A stretch of DNA of 32,000 nucleotides from contig NZ_PGGB02000001.1 of the NCBI RefSeq assembly GCF_002803295.2, positions 77,477 to 109,476 of the forward strand, in the 5' to 3' direction. The translations under genes and the position numbers were made by a program. The notes under the pieces were generated by a model. It had not been told where the DNA came from. It searched no databases and saw only the letters and a list, made by a program, of their open reading frames with translations. Positions 9,789 through 18,883 of this stretch are shown here, one piece after another (the stretch's first letter is position 1; each line of letters starts with the position of its first letter). This DNA is from Caedibacter taeniospiralis (GTDB lineage Bacteria; Pseudomonadota; Gammaproteobacteria; Francisellales; Francisellaceae).

Positions 9789-10369
9789 TAGTCATTTGTT
9801 TGCCCAAAGGAAGTCATGGACAAAAAGGTTGAAATTTGCCTAAAGCTCACCTCAATATCGCTATACGCGTGACCTTGCCCCGTCTTAATATCGATATTCG
9901 CACCTGCAAATACCTGTTTAGCAAATTGTATGGGTGTTGTCATATCATCCTCCTGCAGCAATACCAGGTAATTTTTCAAATCTTTCAACGTTTTTGGCAT
10001 TGCATTAACCAGCATCATCGCCTCTTCATACACATGCTGATAGGCAGGAGTTTCCGCGATCAAATCAAGGCGTACGGCGGGATTAATTAAAACCACCTTA
10101 TCAACATCATCACGAAGCTGCTTTTGCAAATGCGCCATATAGCCGCCCAGGGAGCTGCCGATAATTACTTTGTGCCTGGCGTTCGTTCTTGTCAGCAAGC
10201 GATCAATTAAGTCGAATGCTTCTTTGGTCGTCGCTGGCAATTGTGGTGCTTCTATGATCGCGTGAGGATACTGTTGCTTTAACCATACTTTAAGTTTTTG
10301 CGCTTTTGGGGAATCAGGGGAGCCCTGAAATCCATGTAAATATAAAAAATAAAGGCTGCTATTATCCAT
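9785..10369 (-). CDS. YqiA/YcfP-family alpha/beta-hydrolase (esterase)
   Basis: 194 aa; FLYLHGFQGSPDSPKAQKL, GSSLGGYMAHL, VLINPAVR, GQGHAYSDIE. Confidence 0.85.
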   Translation of the reverse strand: MDNSSLYFLYLHGFQGSPDSPKAQKLKVWLKQQYPHAIIEAPQLPATTKEAFDLIDRLLTRTNARHKVIIGSSLGGYMAHLQKQLRDDVDKVVLINPAVRLDLIAETPAYQHVYEEAMMLVNAMPKTLKDLKNYLVLLQEDDMTTPIQFAKQVFAGANIDIKTGQGHAYSDIEVSFRQISTFLSMTSFGQTNDY

Positions 10370-10375
10370 TTTTCC

Positions 10376-12070
10376 TCACAACATGTACTGCCAACAATTA
10401 ATCAAATGATAGCCCGTGGTCGATTTTATCAAGTTAAAACCAGGATTACCTGAATAATCGACGTACTCAACAGGTAAATCATGATCGATAAAGGTCGCAC
10501 TGAATGTATCAAACACTGAGGCTAAAGACGCAGATTGTCCGCTCATTGCCAAGTAACGCATATACTCCAGCATCGGCCAAATGCGATATGGCGAGGTTTG
10601 TTCATTTTCATGCAGATTGGGTCTCACGTATCCCTTCGCACTCAAGCCTTGCTTTAAAGTCTGCTCAAAGAGGGTTTTATCATCATCCATCACACTGATA
10701 TCAACACCTAAACTCTTCGCTTCGGTCATTAAAGAGCACCACTCAAAGCTGTGTCCTGGCTCAAATATTTCAGGTTGCTCTTCAATAGAGTACTCACGTA
10801 TCAGTTTTTTTTGTGGATCAAAAAACAATACCATGATCTTGCGATACAAGTCTTCGGCTTGCGCTTTAAATAAAGTTTCACGGGTATGCCGAAAAGCCAT
10901 CAAATAGCCTTCAAACAAGTGCATCAGTGCATTTTGACCAATCACCCCTGTTTCACTTCTTAAGCGACTAAATTCGTTTTCGATAAATTTTTGGTGAATG
11001 CGTGTGTGAACATTTAAAATGTCCTCCAACAACGCTTCCTCCTTAAAATTGCCATACAGCTCACTTAGCGAAAACAACAAAAAGGCGTATTCATACGGAT
11101 CGTTGTCATTTTTGCAGAGCTTGTCTTTGTACCAACCCTGGCTAACTGAATCAAAATATTCATTTTTGATCATCTGATATAGCTGATAGGCTTTATTAAG
11201 TCCCTCTGTTGTATTGGTTAAGCGTGCATATGTTAGTAAATAAAACATGCCGCGCGTTTGGCACAATAGTCTCGTGCAATCTGCGTCAATTTCATGGGGT
11301 TTATCCAAAAACTCTGGCACATAACCCAAGTGCTCAATATTTTTAATAAGAAGCTGGTAATAACACTCCATCCAGAGCTGAATTGCCTTTTGCCTGTTTT
11401 TCAATTCAATTGCCGATAAGATTTTATCGAATACCTCTCTGATGCCCAAGTGACCTGTATCGATAATCCACGCATCTTCTGCAGGTCTTAATGGTGCCAC
11501 GACCCTATTTCTATCTTGCCTGTCCCGCGCCTCTAACTGCGCCAAAATCTCGTCATAGTCTGCCTTTTCACCTTTTACTGCAAGCTCGTCAAAACGTCTC
11601 TTTGCACGTATTCTGCTATTTGCTTCAAGAAAAAATTTATGCTTGGCATGAGGAAATACTACCGTTCCCATATCTCTGCCATCTGCCACAAGTCCATTCA
11701 CACCTTCTGCAAAGTCCTTTTGACACTGCATTAGCGCATCTCTTACCACAGATATTTTTGCAATCTTAGAAGCCATCATTCCTGTTTGCTCTTCGCGAAT
11801 GCGGCTACTAACATCAACTTCATCCAAATAGGCTTTTGTCTTATCTGCCTCAACCGAGAAACGAATATTCAGCTGCGCTAGCTTTTTTGCCAACATACGC
11901 TCATCATCCAATGGCAACTGGTGATCTAACACATAAAGTGCCGCCAGTCGATAAATTGCACCACTGTCTAGCAGGGCATAATTGAACTTTTGTGCCAATA
12001 ATCGTGACAATGTGCCCTTACCCACACCACTGGGTCCATCAATCGTAATAATTTCTACTTTATTTGGCAT
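10376..12070 (-). CDS. Bifunctional-looking fusion: cytidylate kinase (N-terminal) + N-acylglucosamine 2-epimerase (AGE)-like domain (C-terminal)
   Basis: N-terminal ~225 aa: ITIDGPSGVGKGTLSRLLA, LDSGAIYRL, VADGRDMGTVVFP, ARDRQDRNRVVAPLRPAEDAWIIDT (Cmk). C-terminal ~340 aa: RLLCQTRGMFYLLTYA, FEPGHSFEWCSLMTEA, SPYRIWPMLEYMRYL (AGE-like). ATG at 12070 (MPNKVEIIT) has an AAGG Shine-Dalgarno; track start 12103 is likely too long. Confidence 0.85.
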   Translation of the reverse strand: MPNKVEIITIDGPSGVGKGTLSRLLAQKFNYALLDSGAIYRLAALYVLDHQLPLDDERMLAKKLAQLNIRFSVEADKTKAYLDEVDVSSRIREEQTGMMASKIAKISVVRDALMQCQKDFAEGVNGLVADGRDMGTVVFPHAKHKFFLEANSRIRAKRRFDELAVKGEKADYDEILAQLEARDRQDRNRVVAPLRPAEDAWIIDTGHLGIREVFDKILSAIELKNRQKAIQLWMECYYQLLIKNIEHLGYVPEFLDKPHEIDADCTRLLCQTRGMFYLLTYARLTNTTEGLNKAYQLYQMIKNEYFDSVSQGWYKDKLCKNDNDPYEYAFLLFSLSELYGNFKEEALLEDILNVHTRIHQKFIENEFSRLRSETGVIGQNALMHLFEGYLMAFRHTRETLFKAQAEDLYRKIMVLFFDPQKKLIREYSIEEQPEIFEPGHSFEWCSLMTEAKSLGVDISVMDDDKTLFEQTLKQGLSAKGYVRPNLHENEQTSPYRIWPMLEYMRYLAMSGQSASLASVFDTFSATFIDHDLPVEYVDYSGNPGFNLIKSTTGYHLINCWQYML

Positions 12071-12254
12071 ATTTCTAACCTTAAACTCAAATGCCAAGGG
12101 CATTCAACAATATATCTATGAAGAATTTTGCGCCCAATTCTACTATCTATTGTTGAAGAAACCAAACTATACCCATCGCAAATCATGGTCGCCTCATTAA
12201 AATTTTGCCCATGGCACTACCTTGTAGAATCTCGTCAACTATACTTTTTGACAT

Positions 12255-14465
12255 ATGGATTATCAGGATCTGCTGAACATGAATAAAACGGGACATCGTG
12301 AACAAGGCAGTGTACTACTGATAGCACTCATCATTGTTGCTGTAGTATCAATATTATCAGGTGTTATTTTGTATATGCTGAAAGTCAGTATGGTGCAAAA
12401 TCAGGCGATTGAAAACTACAATAATGCGCGCAATGCTGCGTTTTTATCTTTAAAAAATACGATGGAAACAAATGATTACCCCTACACCAATACACCTTTA
12501 AGTCCTGTTGTAAAAAATTATACTTCAAACGCTGAAAACATTACCGTGACTAGTACGGTACCTGTGGATTTAAATGATGCTATCTTTCCCGATCATGCGG
12601 CGCTTAATAACGCCTCCGCCGTGTTGCAATATGGTGTAAATATACGGGTTACTGCACAGGCACAACACCAGATCGAATACGTAGCTATTGTCAATGCGCC
12701 CAGCCAATACAGGCAATTAAATGATTTAACATCGCAAGCAATACAAAATGTGAATATCCCTGCAGTAATTTTGACTAACTTGAATGCTTTACAAAAAAAC
12801 GCTAACAATACGATAGATGACGGGCAGGCAGGATTTCTAGGGACTATCAGTGTGGATAACACAGGAACCGTTGGGGCAGCTGGTTCTGGTAAACAGCTGA
12901 ACTATAGTCCAACCACGGGAGGGAGCCATAGTTTAGAATTTGCAGATAATGGGAATTACAAGCTCGAACAAGGCTGGTATTTAAATGCTGGAGCTTGGCA
13001 TTGGCGTTTGATCATCTATGAGGGGGCGTATGCTTACTATACGGAGATAGCTTTATCTACACTGAAAGCTCAGTCAGGGAGTTTTGCTAATTTAGCCTGG
13101 ACGCGCCTTCTTGTGCAAGACATGCTAAGCTCCCCCAATCAATATGACTCAAGTAAAGAATATCCAGCAGGCAGTTATGTGAACTATGCTGGGCAGATTT
13201 TTGTGGCGTTAAGTGAGGTCAACACAGGTCAGAATAAAGACCCTTACAGTAATTGGAGCCAATGGCGATTAATCATCCCATTTGGTACCTATCCAGCATG
13301 GAATGCGGATGTCCAATACTACAAAGGTGATATTATTACGTACAATGGTGTCAAATATGTTGGTACCATGAACAATGGGGTCGGGAAGGGGGATCCTCCC
13401 AGTAATGGCTGGGCAGTGGCGCAGTTTAATCCTGCGCCTTGGCAGAATCAAGTTTATGATCCTGGTGAGTTCGTAACTTATGAGGGCTATACTTTTGTCA
13501 ACGTCCATAAAAGTGTCGCGAGCAAAACACCATTTGAAGAGAGTGACCGCTGGAGGGTTGTTTTACCAGAGAATAGTCAGCCACTGGCTTATGATCCCCA
13601 TATTTATTACACAGAAGGTTTTAAAATCAGCTATAAGAATAATATTTTTGTAAACACCCAAGGGACAATGGAAAGCCCTGATTCCTCTCAGGCTAATCGG
13701 TGGCTTAAGATTACGACACCGATATATACAATAAAATGGATCAATATCTTTAATCTCATTTATGGTTTTACCCTCATTCAAACTACCGATGGTACTATTA
13801 AAGGGTTCATTTTTGATAATGTGGGGAATCAGGCGAGTGCGGCAGTGGAGTTAGTGACACTCTCAGATGTGACTCATGCCTATATTTTACCTATAGATAT
13901 CAGAGCGAATCAGAATGTAACCAGGTTACTGTTGTTTCTATCCGTGGCTTCGGGACTTAAGCATATTGTTGACATCACGTTAAATTCACAAGCTCAGATC
14001 ACAGCAAGCACGATTATTTACACAAAAGATGATCCAGAGGAACAACTTAGCTATGTTCCACAGGTTTTGTTTAGAGATGAAAGTAGCCATTTTTTGGTCG
14101 TGCCATACCAAAGCTACATCGAGATTTATGTCTATCCCTCTTCATCAACTACACCTTCGGCTGTTTTAAATCGATCAGTTAGTTTTCCAGGGGAAACGCT
14201 GAAACAAGTCATTCCTTTTCAGGGTTTTGTAATGGTGATTACCGAGAGTAATAGCAATCCTCCTAATGGTTTTGCCCATTTTATTGCCTTGAGAGTTAAT
14301 AAGGAATTTGCCACTGTCAATCTAAGCTCAACGACTGGCGTTTATATAACTTACAATCCAGTAACGCAACAAACGCGACTTAACACTTCAACAGACTCAA
14401 TCGGGATCGAAATTCAAGATGCGCCTATGCCTTATGGCGTGATTGGAGTGCGGGCATTGCAATAA
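12255..14465 (+). CDS. PilX-like prepilin-type protein with tandem carbohydrate (chitin)-binding-like modules and a beta-rich C-terminal region
   Basis: N-terminus HREQGSVLLIALIIVAVVSILSGVILYML is a class III signal-like segment; W/Y-rich modules lie between about 13143 and 13713. Confidence 0.75.
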   Translation: MDYQDLLNMNKTGHREQGSVLLIALIIVAVVSILSGVILYMLKVSMVQNQAIENYNNARNAAFLSLKNTMETNDYPYTNTPLSPVVKNYTSNAENITVTSTVPVDLNDAIFPDHAALNNASAVLQYGVNIRVTAQAQHQIEYVAIVNAPSQYRQLNDLTSQAIQNVNIPAVILTNLNALQKNANNTIDDGQAGFLGTISVDNTGTVGAAGSGKQLNYSPTTGGSHSLEFADNGNYKLEQGWYLNAGAWHWRLIIYEGAYAYYTEIALSTLKAQSGSFANLAWTRLLVQDMLSSPNQYDSSKEYPAGSYVNYAGQIFVALSEVNTGQNKDPYSNWSQWRLIIPFGTYPAWNADVQYYKGDIITYNGVKYVGTMNNGVGKGDPPSNGWAVAQFNPAPWQNQVYDPGEFVTYEGYTFVNVHKSVASKTPFEESDRWRVVLPENSQPLAYDPHIYYTEGFKISYKNNIFVNTQGTMESPDSSQANRWLKITTPIYTIKWINIFNLIYGFTLIQTTDGTIKGFIFDNVGNQASAAVELVTLSDVTHAYILPIDIRANQNVTRLLLFLSVASGLKHIVDITLNSQAQITASTIIYTKDDPEEQLSYVPQVLFRDESSHFLVVPYQSYIEIYVYPSSSTTPSAVLNRSVSFPGETLKQVIPFQGFVMVITESNSNPPNGFAHFIALRVNKEFATVNLSSTTGVYITYNPVTQQTRLNTSTDSIGIEIQDAPMPYGVIGVRALQ

Positions 14466-14585
14466 CAGCTTAGTACCATACCCCATAAATAACACCAAAA
14501 GTACTCCTGTGTTTGCGATGGGTATATACATTCAACTTCTTATCTTTTACTATGACTGCTATTTGTTGTATCTATTTCAAAAATA

Positions 14586-15803
14586 ATGAAAAAAATCCTC
14601 TTGTGCGTTACTGGCAGTGTGGCAGCCTACAAGGCTCTGGAATTGACCAGGCTTTTAACCAAGGAAAATTATGAGGTGAAAGTCATATTAACCAAGGCAG
14701 CCCAAGAATTTGTGACGCGTTTAAGTTTTGAAGCGCTTTGTCAGCACAGAGTTTATGATGATTTATTCCGCTATACCGACAACCCGATTGAGCATATTGA
14801 ACTCGCTCGCTGGGCGGATCAGATTGTGATAGCACCAGCTTCGGCAAACACCATTGGCAAACTTGCAGCTGGACTTGCAGGTGATTTACTCGGGAATGTC
14901 GTATTGGCAACCGATAAACCTGTTTATATTGCGCCAGCCATGAATAAACTGATGTGGCAAAATAGCATTGTGCGGGAAAATTTAGCCAAACTTAAAGATA
15001 GAGGATGTGTGGTGCTTCCCCCAGACTCAGGCGAGCAAGCCTGTGGCGATGTTGGCGAAGGTCGCTTAATGGAGCCCGAAGCAATTGTAAAAAATATTTT
15101 CCATGCAATAGCAGAAATTGATAAAACAGTGCTTATAACTGCAGGACCAACGGTCGAGCGACTCGATCCTGTGCGCTATATTTCCAATCACAGCTCAGGG
15201 AAAATGGGTTATGCTTTAGCACAAAGTTTTGTACATTTGGGCTGGAGAGTGATCTTGATTTCTGGACCAACTCAGCTTCAGGCTCCCAAAGGAATAACCT
15301 TGATCAGGGTGAAAAGTGCCGATGATATGTATAAAGCGGTGCACCAATATATTGTGGATGCCGATATATTTATTGCCGCAGCGGCGGTGGCTGATTATCG
15401 CCCTGAAACTTATGTTGAGAAGAAGATTAAGAAAAAAGAGGGCGAGGAGCTTCTATCGATCAAGCTTGTCAGGAATGAAGATATTTTAAAGAGCGTATCA
15501 TCGTTAACGCATCATCGTCCGTTGTGTGTTGGATTTGCCGCTGAAACCCACAATGCCAAGGAGAATGCGCTGAGTAAAATCAGTAGTAAAGCCCTTGACT
15601 TTTTGGTGCTCAATCAAATCGATAATGAAACTGGTTTTCCCTTTTATAGTGAGCAAAATCAGGTACAGGTCTATGATCACCTGCATCAGCTTGTATTGGA
15701 TTTGGCGCGGATGTCAAAAAAAGAAATCGCTCAAGAGATTGCAAAACTATTGAATAGGCAAATACTGAAAAAAGAAATTCAGACGGAATTAAGCTATGAA
15801 TAG
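14586..15803 (+). CDS. coaBC: Bifunctional phosphopantothenoylcysteine decarboxylase/phosphopantothenate-cysteine ligase
   Basis: 405 aa; MKKILLCVTGSVAAYKALELTRLL, IAPAMNKLMW, TAGPTVERLDPVRYISNHSSGKMGYALA. Confidence 0.96.
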   Translation: MKKILLCVTGSVAAYKALELTRLLTKENYEVKVILTKAAQEFVTRLSFEALCQHRVYDDLFRYTDNPIEHIELARWADQIVIAPASANTIGKLAAGLAGDLLGNVVLATDKPVYIAPAMNKLMWQNSIVRENLAKLKDRGCVVLPPDSGEQACGDVGEGRLMEPEAIVKNIFHAIAEIDKTVLITAGPTVERLDPVRYISNHSSGKMGYALAQSFVHLGWRVILISGPTQLQAPKGITLIRVKSADDMYKAVHQYIVDADIFIAAAAVADYRPETYVEKKIKKKEGEELLSIKLVRNEDILKSVSSLTHHRPLCVGFAAETHNAKENALSKISSKALDFLVLNQIDNETGFPFYSEQNQVQVYDHLHQLVLDLARMSKKEIAQEIAKLLNRQILKKEIQTELSYE

Positions 15804-17754
15804 ACGGATAAAAATATTACCGACAGAGCTCGCCAATCAAATCGCTGCAGGTGAGGTGGTGGAGCGACCGTCGTCAATTGTCAAAGAGTTATTTGAAAAT
15901 GCGCTTGATGCAGGAGCCACTGAAATCACTCTTGAACTTGAGCATGGAGGCAAAGAAAAGATTTTAATTCGCGACAATGGGATGGGCATAGCCAAAGAGG
16001 ATCTGCCATTAACCCTTATGCCACATGCAACAAGTAAAATTTATTGCCTGGATGAATTAGAAGCGATTGCAAGTATGGGCTTTAGGGGAGAGGCGCTTGC
16101 CAGTATTGGCTCAATTGCTAAAGTAAAAATTACCTCAAAAACGCAAAGCGACTCGCATGCCTGGTGCTTGGACAACCAATTGGGCGATGATTTAATTCCT
16201 GCCTCTCATCCTGTTGGCACCACGATTGAAGTGTCAGAGGTTTTTTATAATACGCCAGCACGGCGTAAATTTTTAAAAGCTGAGCGCACCGAGTATGTGC
16301 ACATTGATGAGTTACTGAAGAAATTCATGCTGTGTCATTTTCATATGGCTCTCACCATTTTGCATAATGGCAAAGAGGTGAAGTCCTATCCAATTGCGGA
16401 TACGCCGCAAAAGCAGCAGCAACGGATTGCCGAGATTTGTGGCGAGGAGTTTATTGAAAATGCGCTGATGATCCAAGAAGAGTCTATGGGTCTACAATTG
16501 CATGGTTGGGTGGCGAAACCACAGTTTTCAAAGTCGCGTGCGGAGTTGCAGTATTTCTATGTCAATGGTCGGATCATCAAAGATAAACTCGTTGCGCACG
16601 CAATAAAGCAGGCCTATAAAGATGTACTACATCACCAGCTTTATCCAGCGTTTATTTTGTTTTTTAGTATAGAGCCCTCGGCTGTGGATGTGAATGTTCA
16701 TCCAACAAAGCATGAAGTACGTTTTCGCGAGTCGCGTTTGGTACACGATTTTTTATTTGCCAAAATTCATCACGCATTGGCGCAAACTACGCCGAAAAAT
16801 GTTGAAGAAAGCGGATTGGCAGATGACTCCAAGGACGTTTCAACACTTTATGAGCAAGCTTCTAAGGAGAAAAAGGAATTGACACCAGCTTTTCAAACAG
16901 CTGGTTTTACGATAAAACCGCAGCAAAATCATACAAAGAGCATGTCGTTGTATGAGCAGCTTATCGCTAAATCCAATGGCGATACAGGGAAAAACCAGGT
17001 CTTTACAGCCACCACAGGCTTATCAGGTGCTTTAAAAGAGGTAGATCAATGGCAAACGGCGACTCAGCTGGCTATGCCATTAGAAATTGACCCAGCAGAT
17101 CAGCTGACTAGAGATGGCGAAAGTGCGGCTAAAGTACTTAATGAAGCACAACCCGTGACAGAGGTAAAAACTTACCCTTTAGGCTTCGCCATTGCACAGG
17201 TTCATGGAATTTTTATTCTCGCACAAACCGAAGATGGGTTGATTGTGGTTGACATGCACGCCGCTCATGAGCGCGTGTTGTATGAGAAAGTTAAACGGTT
17301 GTGGGCAAACAAAACCCCTTTCTCGCAAACGCTATTGTTGCCATTGACATTTGAATTAAGCCCACTGCTATTGGATGTGTTACTAGAGCATGAAGTGCTG
17401 TTGAATCAATTAGGGTTTGATTATTCAGCCTTGGGGGAAAAGACCTTGGTTGTGCGTGAAATCCCAGTGTATTTGAAGAATAATGATATTCAGACCCTGC
17501 TTTTAGACATTGCAAAAAGCCTTGAGCTAGGCGGCAAAACCAAACCGATGGAAGATTACTTGCATCAAATCCTTGCGACGATGTCTTGTCATAAAGCAGT
17601 GCGCGCCCATGATCAAATCACGCTTCAAGAGATGAATCAGCTATTGCGTGACATGGAAGGGACGGAACGCGCAGACCAATGTAACCATGGCAGACCCACA
17701 TGGGTCAAGCTGACGATAGTGGACTTGGATAAGCTCTTTATGCGTGGAAAGTAG
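15796..17754 (+). CDS. mutL: DNA mismatch repair protein MutL
   Basis: 652 aa; IKILPTELANQIAAGEVVERPSSIVKELFENALDAGA, GFRGEALASI, VNVHPTKHEVRF, C-terminal CHKAVRAHD and CNHGRPTWV. Confidence 0.97.
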   Translation: MNRRIKILPTELANQIAAGEVVERPSSIVKELFENALDAGATEITLELEHGGKEKILIRDNGMGIAKEDLPLTLMPHATSKIYCLDELEAIASMGFRGEALASIGSIAKVKITSKTQSDSHAWCLDNQLGDDLIPASHPVGTTIEVSEVFYNTPARRKFLKAERTEYVHIDELLKKFMLCHFHMALTILHNGKEVKSYPIADTPQKQQQRIAEICGEEFIENALMIQEESMGLQLHGWVAKPQFSKSRAELQYFYVNGRIIKDKLVAHAIKQAYKDVLHHQLYPAFILFFSIEPSAVDVNVHPTKHEVRFRESRLVHDFLFAKIHHALAQTTPKNVEESGLADDSKDVSTLYEQASKEKKELTPAFQTAGFTIKPQQNHTKSMSLYEQLIAKSNGDTGKNQVFTATTGLSGALKEVDQWQTATQLAMPLEIDPADQLTRDGESAAKVLNEAQPVTEVKTYPLGFAIAQVHGIFILAQTEDGLIVVDMHAAHERVLYEKVKRLWANKTPFSQTLLLPLTFELSPLLLDVLLEHEVLLNQLGFDYSALGEKTLVVREIPVYLKNNDIQTLLLDIAKSLELGGKTKPMEDYLHQILATMSCHKAVRAHDQITLQEMNQLLRDMEGTERADQCNHGRPTWVKLTIVDLDKLFMRGK

Positions 17755-17779
17755 GGGCGAAAAATCTTTCACCCCTTAG
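17751..17779. repeat. GTAGGGGCG-type palindrome overlapping the mutL stop codon
   Basis: GTAGGGGCGAAA-AATC-TTTCACCCCTTAG; the TAG at 17752..17754 is the mutL stop. Confidence 0.6.
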
Positions 17780-17806
17780 TGTGCCATTAGGTTATACAAT
17801 ACGCCC

Positions 17807-18709
17807 CTAAACATAGGTCAGAGCATCTGATGCAACGATACCTTGAGTAATTTCGGCAAAACATTTTTTGATATGTTTCGTTACTTCACCCGTTTCACCA
17901 TGCCCTGCGATCTTTTGATCATCAACACTGCGGATTGGGGTGATCTCAGCCGCAGTACCACTGAAAAATGCCTCGTCTGCCTGGAGAATATCTGCAACTT
18001 TAAAGTAGATTTCATGGACTTTATAGCCTTGCTCTTTAGCAATCTGAATGACTACTCTACGCGTGATGCCATCCAAAATAGTGCCCAGCGGGGTGGTGAA
18101 AATTTCATTAGCTTTAACATAGAAAATATTTTGTGCCGCACCCTCAGCGACATTACCATCAGCATCTAGCAGTAATGCCTCATGGTAATGCGTACCACGA
18201 ATTTGCATACTAGCCAGCATACTATTGACATAATGTCCTGAGATCTTTGCATCACATACGGTCGATTTTGGATGAATTCGAATATATTGACTGACCATCA
18301 CATCAACGCTTTCAGCCCCCAAATAACGTCCCATTGGCAAACACCAGATAATAACCTCAATCGGGTGTTCTGGTTTGGGTAACACCCCAACGCTTTCGGT
18401 GTTACCATAAAAAGCCAATGGTCTTATATAGCAAGAATCAAGCCCGCTTTTTTTAACAGTATCAATCACCGCTTGACACATCTCATCAACCGTATATGGA
18501 GGTTTCATCCCCAATGCTTTCATTGAGTAGTCAAAGCGCTGCATATGCTCTTTAAGCTTAAAAATGGCAGTGCCCTTAGACGTTTTATAGGCGCGAATCC
18601 CCTCAAAAACAGCTGAACCATAATGTAGCGCATGCGTCATGACACTGATTACCGCTTTTTCTTTTTCAAAAAATTGACCATTCTGCCAAATATATGTCTG
18701 TTCGCTCAC
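17807..18709 (-). CDS. ilvE: Branched-chain amino acid aminotransferase
   Basis: 300 aa class IV aminotransferase; HYGSAVFEGIRAYKT, YIRPLAFYG, GHYVNSMLASMQIRGTHYHEALLLDADGNVAEGAAQNIFYV. GTG start at 18709. Confidence 0.94.
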   Translation of the reverse strand: MSEQTYIWQNGQFFEKEKAVISVMTHALHYGSAVFEGIRAYKTSKGTAIFKLKEHMQRFDYSMKALGMKPPYTVDEMCQAVIDTVKKSGLDSCYIRPLAFYGNTESVGVLPKPEHPIEVIIWCLPMGRYLGAESVDVMVSQYIRIHPKSTVCDAKISGHYVNSMLASMQIRGTHYHEALLLDADGNVAEGAAQNIFYVKANEIFTTPLGTILDGITRRVVIQIAKEQGYKVHEIYFKVADILQADEAFFSGTAAEITPIRSVDDQKIAGHGETGEVTKHIKKCFAEITQGIVASDALTYV

Positions 18710-18802
18710 TTGCGTTTATCCTCCAAAAAAATGCTACAAAACTCACTAAATGTGATCACTAAAACTTGATTGTAAATTACCAAAGAAAAAACAAATTGCC
18801 GC

Positions 18803-18883
18803 CTACCAGCGAGGCAGTCGCAGAGACAGAGTAAGAGGGGAAAGCGCCAAAGGCAACGAGTGCTTTTTTGCTGTTTTCGACAT
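18803..18883 (-). CDS. Candidate 26-aa leucine-rich leader peptide upstream of ilvE
   Basis: ATG 18883..18881, TAG 18805..18803, peptide MSKTAKKHSLPLALSPLTLSLRLPRW (7 Leu). Consensus AGGAGG Shine-Dalgarno (reverse of 18890..18895) with 6-nt spacer. Confidence 0.4.
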   Translation of the reverse strand: MSKTAKKHSLPLALSPLTLSLRLPRW

